Part shown: positions 10,173 through 18,800 of the stretch, in pieces | Layout of the letters: each line of letters opens with the position of its first letter | Numbering within the stretch: the stretch's first letter is position 1 | Source of the DNA: an uncultured candidate division Zixibacteria bacterium | Lineage (GTDB): Bacteria > Zixibacteria > MSB-5A5 > GN15 > FEB-12 | DNA: 64,000 bases | Assembly (NCBI GenBank): GCA_963735035.1 | Contig: CAVTJJ010000002.1 | Location: 100,963-164,962, forward strand | Direction: 5' to 3' | Program-made: the position numbers and the translations under genes | The notes under the pieces: generated by a model | Database searches by the model: none | The model's input: the letters and a program-made list of their open reading frames with translations, nothing else | What the model was told of the DNA's origin: nothing

Positions 10173-10826
10173 CTACGACGAAGTATTTGTTTGTGTGAAT
10201 GAGGCCAGTTCGAGCCGCGTGTGTAGAGCCAGCTTGTCAAGGATGTTGCGAACATGGCCCTTGACGGTATAGACGGCAATCTCTAGTTTGAGAGCTATCT
10301 CGGCGTTGCTTCGGCCTTTGGCCAATAGCTTAACCACTTCGTGCTCACGCTCGGTCAATTTGACAGCAGCCATCACGTGATCCACCGTCCCCTCCTGAAT
10401 TGCGCTCTCCACGATCTTGGAAAAGAGCGAATCGGCCATGGTCGGAGGCAGAATCCTTACTCCCTTGATAACCGATCTGATGGTGTTCAGGAAATCGTCA
10501 AGAGTCGCGTCCTTGGGAACAAAGCCGGACACTCCCGCCTTCACGAATGCGACCACGTCGGCATGTGACGGGATCAAGTCCATGACTATCACTTCCGCTC
10601 GAGGGTACCGCTTCTTGATGGACTCGAGCACTTTCAGACTGCTCTGACTCCTGAGGCCCAGGTCGAGCAAGACTACGTCCGGTACCAGCTTCTTGGCTTT
10701 CGCGAGGGCACTTATATTGCCGGCAGTCGATACTGCCGTAATGTCCTCTTGCTCGTTGAGCATTGCGGTGGTTCCATCGCGTAAGAGGGGATTGTCTTCG
10801 ATCAGCAAGACCTTAATCTTTGCCAT
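10173..10826 (-). CDS. NarL/LuxR family response regulator
   Basis: REC domain (LLIED, DVVLLDL) and LuxR HTH (LTEREHEV..SNAEIA..L.I..YTVK.HV.NIL.KL). Start set by homology with the adjacent paralog (MAKIKVLLIED). Confidence 0.92.
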   Translation of the reverse strand: MAKIKVLLIEDNPLLRDGTTAMLNEQEDITAVSTAGNISALAKAKKLVPDVVLLDLGLRSQSSLKVLESIKKRYPRAEVIVMDLIPSHADVVAFVKAGVSGFVPKDATLDDFLNTIRSVIKGVRILPPTMADSLFSKIVESAIQEGTVDHVMAAVKLTEREHEVVKLLAKGRSNAEIALKLEIAVYTVKGHVRNILDKLALHTRLELASFTQTNTSS

Positions 10827-10917
10827 TGCGAGCCGTTCTTTCATAAATTTAGCCGGGGTCCTTTCCGGGCCGGTAAAGGCCGTACAGAGAGACCACGGCA
10901 TTATGTTTACCCAGTAA

Positions 10918-10987
10918 AGCTTACGACCGATTCCCTAGGAAATCAATCGCTCTAAAGGATGAAAAAGGGATTAGCTCTTCGGACAGC
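10918..10987 (-). promoter_or_regulatory. Boxed promoter upstream of response regulator 10173-10826 (copy C)
   Basis: TTGATT-N17-TAAGCT plus the shared motif. Confidence 0.6.
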
Positions 10988-10991
10988 AGTA

Positions 10992-11682
10992 TTACTCGCT
11001 ATCTTCGGGGGATAGCGGTGGAGTCTGCTTGTTCATACCCCGTGAATGGGCAAACGTCGCCAACTCCAGTCGAGTGTGGAGAGCCAGCTTCTCTAATATG
11101 TTATGCACGTGGCTCTTGACGGTATAGACGGCAATATTGAGCTCACTGGCGATCTCTTTATTGCTCTTTCCAGCGGCTATATTATGAATCACATCCTGCT
11201 CCCGGCTCGTCATCTTGATAGCGGAGATTAACTTGTTCACCTGGCCACCCTGAAGTGCGTGCTCGACGATTTGAGAGAAAAGCGAACTGGTCATCAACGG
11301 CGGGAGAACCTTTGTTCCCTGCGACACCGCCCTGATAGTGTGCAGGAAATCGTGAAGGGACGCGTCTTTGAGAATGAAACCGGCAACCCCGGCTCTGACA
11401 AATTCAGCAACCTCGGCATGTGCCGGAACCAGATCCATGACGATTACGTGCGTCTTGGGAAATTGGCGTTTTACTAATTCAACCGTTTCCAGACTGTCTT
11501 GGTCCTGGAGACCCAGGTCTCAGCAGCACCACGTCTGGTGACAGCTTTGCGGCCTTTTCGAAGGCGTCGCCATTGCCTGAAGACGACACCACCTTCATGT
11601 CCGCCTCGGAATTGAGCATTTTGGCAATTCCTTCGCGAAGGAGGCGATTGTCCTCTATCAACAGAACTTTGATTTTTGCCAT
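10992..11682 (-). CDS. NarL/LuxR family response regulator paralog with an apparent 1-nt frameshift near 11520
   Basis: ORF 11479-11682 (REC N-terminus) and ORF 10992-11438 (rest of REC plus HTH) join if one base is removed from CTGCTGAGACCTGGGT, restoring LLDLG. Confidence 0.85.
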
Positions 11683-11771
11683 ATCACGATTCCTCCATCG
11701 TCAACAGAAGCCCCGGCCTTGCTGAGTGATTCCACAAGTAGCGGCTGAATTTGGGGCGACTCAACCCAGTC

Positions 11772-11832
11772 ATAGCATGGACAGAGCCATGCTATCGTAA
11801 ATAATTATAGCGTTTACTCCCAGAGAGTGCAA
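11772..11832 (-). promoter_or_regulatory. Near-consensus sigma70 promoter with a downstream palindrome
   Basis: TTGCAC-N17-TATAAT (11832-11804); ATAGCATGG-N6-CCATGCTAT at 11772-11795, just after the predicted transcription start. Confidence 0.6.
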
Positions 11833-11982
11833 TGGGAAAATGTCTGCAGCCTCTCAGGAGCGTACTGGAACACAATGCGTACCAATCACTTCTTGGCACG
11901 AAGAGCCGCCGGGGTAGCGTTTGACATCGGCGTATCTAATCGAACCCACCTTCTCTGACATCTGGTCTTATAGTCGAGACTG

Positions 11983-13452
11983 TCACACCCTGTTGAAATC
12001 AATGAAACCGCGCTCCACGTCCACGTGAACCAGTTGAACGTGCACCCGGTGACCTACGTCGATATTTCCCGTTGCCTGCTCCAGTCGGCCTTCAACCGGT
12101 GGACGGAAAAGACGAACCCAGGTTCCCTTCGGTCCTGAGCCGGTGACAATAGCGTCGAACTGTTCACCGATACTTGATTCCAGCAGCATGGCCGCGGCGG
12201 ATTTCGTGACCTGTCGCTCCACCTTGTTGGCCGCATCCTCTTCTTCGGTGCAATGGGCAGCCAGGGCTTCCAATTCATCGATACCGTACGGTACCGGTTT
12301 GCTTTCTATGGCAGCCTTCAGCAAGCGCTGTGTGATAAGATCGGGGTAGCGACGGTTGGGGGCGGTGGAATGAGTGTAATCCTTCACGGCGAGTCCAAAG
12401 TGTCCCGGGGCAGTCTCCCCTGGCAACTCGGCCACATACTCGCCCGGTCCCATAAGTTTTATGACTGAAAGAGAAAGGTCAGGGAATTTTACCGGATCGG
12501 CCGCCTTCTGCTTCGTCAAGAATGCTTCCAGAGCTTTGGAGTCCGGAACATCAGGAAGGATGAATTCGTGTTCTTTGGCAATCGCCACAATCCGTTCCCA
12601 TCGCTTTGGGGTGCGGACCACGCGGCGCAAAGACGGGAACCGTCTGGCGGCGAGATAGCGCGCCGTTGCTCCGTTGGCTGCAATCATGAAATCTTCAATA
12701 ATATCCTTGGCACGGTTCTTCTCTTCCACGGCGAGTTCGCGGATACTGTCGCCATCAAAGACCGGCTTGGCTTCGACAGTCTCAAAGCTAAGGGCGCCGT
12801 GAGTATGCCGGAGATTCTTCAAGCTTTGAGCGACTCTGTCCTGCAAGCGCAGGTTCTCTTCAAGACCCTTTACGGCATTCACAGCCTCAGGCACGCTCCC
12901 ACTACCTTCCAGCCATGACGCTACGCCGTTATAGGCGAGCTGTGCTTGATTGCGAACCCGAGCCCGATAAATGTCAGAGTCGTGCAGGGATCCGTCCGCA
13001 CCTATCACCATCTCGATGACTACCGACAGCCGATCCTCATGGACATTCAGTGAAGTGAGGTTGGTGGAAAGATTTTCGGGAAGCATCGGAAAGATTTCGG
13101 CGGCGGTATATACCGAAGTGGTATTGTGCCGGGCGTGTTGGTCGATAGCCGTGCCGGCCTTCACCAGCGAATCTACGTCGGCGATAGCGACCAGTATCTT
13201 CGTCATGTCTCCGGGCATGGCTTCAGCGACCGTCAACTGATCCAGGTCCCTGGAATCATCGTTGTCGATGGAAGCCCACAGCAGGTTGGTCATATCTCGT
13301 ACTTTCCCGCCGTCGACGGTGGCGGGAGTCTTGATCCCGGCGAGCTGCTGCAGGGCTGCCGGAGAGAAGTCGGGGAGTAATCCCCTCTCTGTCATGACTC
13401 TTCGGGCGATTCGCTGAAGAATTGCGCGATGATGACTATCTGTCGAGTTCAT
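11983..13452 (-). CDS. RNB-domain ribonuclease (RNase II/R family)
   Basis: SIDNDDSRDLD catalytic motif, HFGLA..DYTHSTAPNRRYPDL, C-terminal S1-like domain. Confidence 0.92.
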   Translation of the reverse strand: MNSTDSHHRAILQRIARRVMTERGLLPDFSPAALQQLAGIKTPATVDGGKVRDMTNLLWASIDNDDSRDLDQLTVAEAMPGDMTKILVAIADVDSLVKAGTAIDQHARHNTTSVYTAAEIFPMLPENLSTNLTSLNVHEDRLSVVIEMVIGADGSLHDSDIYRARVRNQAQLAYNGVASWLEGSGSVPEAVNAVKGLEENLRLQDRVAQSLKNLRHTHGALSFETVEAKPVFDGDSIRELAVEEKNRAKDIIEDFMIAANGATARYLAARRFPSLRRVVRTPKRWERIVAIAKEHEFILPDVPDSKALEAFLTKQKAADPVKFPDLSLSVIKLMGPGEYVAELPGETAPGHFGLAVKDYTHSTAPNRRYPDLITQRLLKAAIESKPVPYGIDELEALAAHCTEEEDAANKVERQVTKSAAAMLLESSIGEQFDAIVTGSGPKGTWVRLFRPPVEGRLEQATGNIDVGHRVHVQLVHVDVERGFIDFNRV

Positions 13453-13534
13453 AGATCTTGTCTCTGTGTCTTGATAATCGTTTATTGTTCACATTCGGTG
13501 ATTCGGTTCTATCGCCCTGTGGCTATTCTCACAC

Positions 13535-13604
13535 AATTTAGTGGTTGAGCAGGACCGTGTCCATTACTCCAAAGGTTGAAAAGAGATTTAGCCCATTCGA
13601 TTGA
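13535..13604 (-). promoter_or_regulatory. Boxed promoter upstream of the RNB ribonuclease gene (copy D)
   Basis: TGGACA-N17-TAAATT plus the shared motif. Confidence 0.6.
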
Positions 13605-13765
13605 GCCGTTTAATGTTAGTTCAAGTCAGGCGTAGAATAAACTCAAGCGCGGACTACGAACTACTGCTCGAAACCTGGCGGAGACGTCGTGTGCCTCACC
13701 GCTTGATGCCTGTTGACTAATCTCGCCTTCTGCGACGCCCCCCTCACCTAGCCGTCTCAAAATAA

Positions 13766-13796
13766 AAAATAGCGGTGCAGGGACTCGAACCCCGGA
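13766..13796 (-). repeat. att site 1: 3' fragment of a tRNA (probably elongator tRNA-Met)
   Basis: Minus strand TCCGGGGTTCGAGTCCCTGCACCGCTA = T-arm + acceptor 3' strand + discriminator. The 5' half is absent. Repeated at 21431 and 42032. Confidence 0.85.
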
Positions 13797-13880
13797 GTCG
13801 ATCAGGCCAGCTCGCGCAATCTTCCTGAAGTACATAGAATTGACGAATAACACCTTGATACGTATGGGGTTGGGTCTTTT

Positions 13881-13948
13881 GAACTGGTTTAAACTGTTTT
13901 GAGTTGTTTTGAACTGTTTGGAATAGAAGTTGTCACAAACTTGTCACA
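13881..13948 (+). repeat. Four tandem imperfect 10-mers plus a TTGTCACA direct repeat (putative RDF and integrase arm sites)
   Basis: GAACTGGTTT AAACTGTTTT GAGTTGTTTT GAACTGTTTG; TTGTCACA at 13930 and 13941. Confidence 0.6.
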
Positions 13949-14108
13949 CACCCTTGGATCCGATTGTCGACTGTTGTATCCACGTCGTTCCACAACCCTG
14001 CCTGATCACACGTTGCACCTTCCGCCTGTCAAAGTATGAATGCCGCCAATTCTTAACATGCGCCCGCTTGCACTGAGCTAAACAGTGCCAATTGGTGACC
14101 GCTCAGCA

Positions 14109-14615
14109 CTATTCAAAATCAGGATACACGAAGCTATACTTACCAGTTTGCATGCGCTTGACAATGTCCGGCGGGGATACGACAATACCAACCTCAGCTT
14201 TTCTGTTCTCCCCATGCAGTTTTCCTACACGCTTGAATTCCTCACCAATTCGCCACACATACCAGTTGTGCGATATTGCAACCGGTGTTTCGCCCAGCTT
14301 ACATCCGTAGTCGTTCGTGTCTCTGAACAGAACTCTAAGATCGCCCGTCTCGGATACATTACCGACTCTCTCCCAGAGCCCCATCCTAATTCCCCAATGA
14401 ATGACCACATGCGCATAGAATGCGACATCGTCGTCGATTATGCTTTTCAGAACAGGAGAATCCGTCACGGGATGAGCCCGTGCGAAAGCTCTAACAACGT
14501 CCGCATTAAGTTGTGTGGGATCGTTGGCCACATATTGAAAGTACTTCCGCGATTGCTCATTGATCCTCACCGAGAACACGTCGCCAATCACGATCCGGGA
14601 GTGTTTTGTGCTCAT
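14109..14615 (-). CDS. Putative immunity protein (Imm26-like)
   Basis: IGDVFSV...KYFQYVA.D.TQLN.DVVRAF N-terminus; overlaps the upstream immunity gene by 4 nt, downstream of RHS. Confidence 0.6.
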   Translation of the reverse strand: MSTKHSRIVIGDVFSVRINEQSRKYFQYVANDPTQLNADVVRAFARAHPVTDSPVLKSIIDDDVAFYAHVVIHWGIRMGLWERVGNVSETGDLRVLFRDTNDYGCKLGETPVAISHNWYVWRIGEEFKRVGKLHGENRKAEVGIVVSPPDIVKRMQTGKYSFVYPDFE

Positions 14616-15559
14616 ACGAAGTCAGCGCACTGATCGTTCCATTCTTGAACTCCAACGGTAAGCGCCTTCTCGACAGCCTCCTTGAACGAGTTTCCCACCG
14701 GAATCGGAATGTGCTCTTCGTTATCTATGTAGTACAATCCGGGCTCCCGATTGCGAAGAAGACACAAGGCTCCGTAGCCTACAATGTCGGCTAACTTGAG
14801 GACATACTCGTGTGGCGTCACGTAGACCCATGCTTGAGAAGGTCCAAGTATTTCTATCAGTTCGTCACATTTCAAGTATTCGCAACAGGCTGTGAACTCG
14901 AGATAATCCTGCGGAAACGCCAAGTCATAGTAATCTACTATTCTGCCGCGGTTCTCCTCGCTGAGAGGTCCCCAAATAGCGGCACATTCGCGTGAGCACA
15001 ATAGGCTCCTGATCCACACCGGCAACGCTTCAATAGAGCTAGCATGTTCACATGGAAAAGGATTTGCATCCATCGGGTCAAACAGTACGTGAACATCTGA
15101 AACTTCAATGTCTGCCGGACGAGGGCTACTTGTTCCGAACACCTGGCGCGGAGACTGTTCGAAACTCATCTGGCACAGACAACCGCGAGATATGTACAAG
15201 TCCGCACGTACCTGGTGGTTCTCGGGGTTGTGGTACCCCCTCACGATTGCGGAAGCGACCGGCTGGAGCAGGATATCGCTGAAAGCAAACGGAGCTGACA
15301 CGATCGGTGTCACATGCCACAATTTGCGATACGATGAAAACGTTAGCGTCTGTCCCTTATCCCAATGAGAGGTAATATTCAATTGCGACATTTGCATCCG
15401 CATGCAGTTGCGGGCGAGGGGCGGTAAGGCATCACAAATTCTGTCAAGAACAAGCGACTCATACGGCCTGCGTCTATGCCAGCACACAAGCTTCCCAATT
15501 CCAAAGCAAATTGATGACTCGACTTTCGACAGGAAATCGGTCACGTTGGCTTCACTCAT
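14612..15559 (-). CDS. Putative immunity protein with C-terminal SMI1/KNR4 (SUKH)-like domain
   Basis: PLSEE....I......FPQDYLEF and LYYIDNE...VGNSFKEAVE pattern; first gene downstream of the RHS toxin. Confidence 0.65.
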   Translation of the reverse strand: MSEANVTDFLSKVESSICFGIGKLVCWHRRRPYESLVLDRICDALPPLARNCMRMQMSQLNITSHWDKGQTLTFSSYRKLWHVTPIVSAPFAFSDILLQPVASAIVRGYHNPENHQVRADLYISRGCLCQMSFEQSPRQVFGTSSPRPADIEVSDVHVLFDPMDANPFPCEHASSIEALPVWIRSLLCSRECAAIWGPLSEENRGRIVDYYDLAFPQDYLEFTACCEYLKCDELIEILGPSQAWVYVTPHEYVLKLADIVGYGALCLLRNREPGLYYIDNEEHIPIPVGNSFKEAVEKALTVGVQEWNDQCADFV

Positions 15560-15803
15560 GTCACATCCTTTCCATAGACTCAGATCAACAGAGGTGACCG
15601 GGTAGATCAGCTACCGATGTGGAGTTGTTCACTTGCTCTGACATGATCAGACGTTGACTGATTGCGGGATATCGCTGCATTCCGGGCGACAACGAATCAT
15701 CTACGAAGCCCATACCACGATCTGATAGTTCCATATTGGGCAGCCAATCCAAGTGGTTATTCAAGCGTCAAACGCTCCTGTAGTTACACTATTCACACTG
15801 CAA

Positions 15804-18800
15804 TCAGTTCTGGTCGAGCCAGTCATTGATAAACATTCCGAGCGTGCCATAGGCGGCGCCAAATATTAGTCCCCTGTATGGAAGTGGTAGCCTCGTCCAT
15901 TGGCGCATTGCCCACGGCCACTTCATATCTCTGGTAATGCCTTTTACGAAGTTCCCTCTCGGGTCATGCATTGTGTGCACCCACTTAGACACGTAGTTGC
16001 CGTTCCAAATCGTGTAACGATTGAACCTCGCAATACCAAGTTTTTCGAAGTACCTTGTCGGAAACCAGTGTGAGAACTGTAATCCCGACCTTGTTGAGCC
16101 CAGCTTCCAATACCTGGCAGACCGTGCCAGAGACATTCTCACTCCTCCGGTTAGACCTGTGAATGTACTAGCGGCGAATCCAGCCCATTCTCCAATCTTG
16201 TAAGCGTTCGAGCAAACATCGGTATAGTAGTCTCCGCCATAGAGTTCCGTGCGCCTTATTATTTTGGTGATGCCCAGTGATGCTACATCACCAAATCCTA
16301 TCATGAATTGAGCGGCATCGTCACCAAACTCACCCAAAGAGTACAACCCCATAGGGTCTATATAGTTTATCGGATTCTGGCCGGCGTAGCCATACAAATT
16401 CAACCCTCCAGCAATACCAATCGGGTCCGGCGTTATATACCGACCCAGGGTTGGCTGGTACTGGCGGAACATGTTGTAGTACAAATCGGTCGAACGGTCA
16501 TGGTATTGTCCAGGGAACCGCGGATTACTAAGCGTTGACGCGTTCTCACTTGCCAGCGCGCCAAACGGGTAGTACTGCGCACTCCAGCGGATAGTCTTTG
16601 CAGAGTCGGTCACGGCCTGTGGCGTCCCGAGATGGTCGTTGTGGTACCAGCCAATGTCAAAATGGGTCACGGTTGTAGTGTCTACTTCCTCGTTGTACGC
16701 CCACACTCGCGCGATCGGCTGCCCGTATAAGTAGACATAGTCGGTCTCCCAATCCCCGGAGTAGTATTCGGTCAGCAGCAGCCCGTTGGCGGCATGAATG
16801 TACCGGCTTGTCCCACCGGGCGTGGTCAAGGACGAGCGCTGGCTCCTCGAGTTGTAGGCCTGCTGGTAGGTCGTGTCGTTCTGAGTCACCGACACCAACC
16901 GGTTCGCTTGGTCATACCCGTACTCGGTGGTGTCAGACCCGACTACCTGCGTGACCAGATTGCCAATATCATCGTATACAAAACTCGCCTGTGTGAACCC
17001 GGACAAGCCGGTCAGTCGGTTGTTCGCATAGGTGTAAGTCGTTGTATCATAGCCCACTATCTCTCTGCGACGGTCGCCGTTGTCATAATACTCGTACCGG
17101 ATTGTGTCCTGCGCCAGTGACGATCGAATCATCCGGGTCAAGCGGTTCTGCTTGTCATAGGAATAGCTCGTGCTATTCCCCGTATTGAGCGAATCGTAGT
17201 ACGACAGCACGTTCCCAGTTGTATCGTACAGGTACGACCGCCGCAAGACCGTGTCCGCACCAGTACTGATCCCCGTAAGAAATCCCCGGGTGTCATAATT
17301 GTACTTAGTCTCTATCCCGTTGCCGTACCAGACCGACTTGATCCCGCCGAAAGGCTCGTAGGCAATCGAATCCGCAATGACTTGAGATTGTCCCTCGCCG
17401 AACTGAGCGCTCACCCGGCTCACACGTCCCTCGGAATCGTACGAGTAGGTGTACTCTACACCCGACGGATAGGTCACCGAGGCAACCTCACCATTCTTGG
17501 TGTAAGTGTATGCTATGACGCAGGATGTGTCGTCAAGTTCGTGGGCTTCCTCGATCACCCGCCCGAAGGCATCGTACTCATATTCGATACCCACTCCATC
17601 TTTCGCTTCCCTCACCAGCCGACCCCGGGCATAGGCAGATGTCGAGTCGCCGTCGTACTCATAGGTAACATCCAGCGTGCTGTCCGGGTAGTCAGCCAAA
17701 GTCACCCGCCCCAGAGCATCGTATTCGAACTCAACCGTCGTCCCGCTGGCATCGGCGTGACTGACCAGGTTACCCGCAGCGTCGTAAGCGTACTCGGTCA
17801 CCCCAGTAACCGCGCAGCTATCTCTTAGCAAATGGCCGCGATCATCGTACCAGAACGCGAACACATTGCTGTCCGGATCGGTGACTCGTGTGAGGTTGTC
17901 CTGGATGTCATAAGCCAGATGGGTCGTCAGGTGAGAGCCGTCATCTGCCACTTCTACAATCTCCGTCACTCTGCCAAATAGGTCATACTCTATGAAGGTG
18001 GAGTCATTTAGTGCTGAGACTATAATCGTATCAAGCCACCCCATCGCGTCATAGCGGTACTCGTACCCTTCCCGCTCGGTCAACTGGGACTTCCAGTTGT
18101 AGGTGTATGCCTCTTGCATGCGAAGCTGATTGGCAGTGTCGTAGTAATTGACGCTGCTGAGGTTCGACATGTTGTCGTAGTCGTACGCTATAGAGTCGCC
18201 GCTACCATTGAGGAGATATGTCAGCCAGTTGTGCTCATCATAGTTCAACGAATAAGTGTTGCCCATCGGCGAGGTGATCTCAGTGATGGCTCCCTTGCAA
18301 TTGAGAGTCAGGTCTGTGGACGCACTATCGGCGCTTAGTGAGTTCTCGAGGATGCGGTTGACACGCCCCCGTTTGTCGTACTCGTATTCTGTCTTAACGC
18401 CATTTGGCTCAATGACATACGGCATACTTCCCGGCCCGATGTCGCGTGCTCCGAAAGCCACGGTATCGCCGTTTGGGAAGATCGCATAAAGCAAGTCTGC
18501 GGTAGTCGAGTCGTATCGAAGAGCAATCGTATCAGCAATATTTGTACGTGGACCATCAACTTTGATGAGTTGACCTCGAGAGTTGTAGTCAAACCTGGAG
18601 GTGTCAGCGTAGCTAGTACTGGAATCGATCCAGCCGGTTTCAATCCGTTCTAAAGCGTTGCCATTGGAATCTCGAACCAATACCGTTTCTCGATACCCCG
18701 ACGGATTGGCGACACTGGCCATTTTGATGCGAGTCGGCAGATTATAGGTAGCGTCGTATTCGAAGGTCGTAGTAATTGAGTCTCCGTAATAGGCGTCACG

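Noticed and set aside
13766..13850. Full-length tRNA gene
   Set aside because: Only the T-arm and acceptor 3' strand are present; no D or anticodon arm at any of the three copies.
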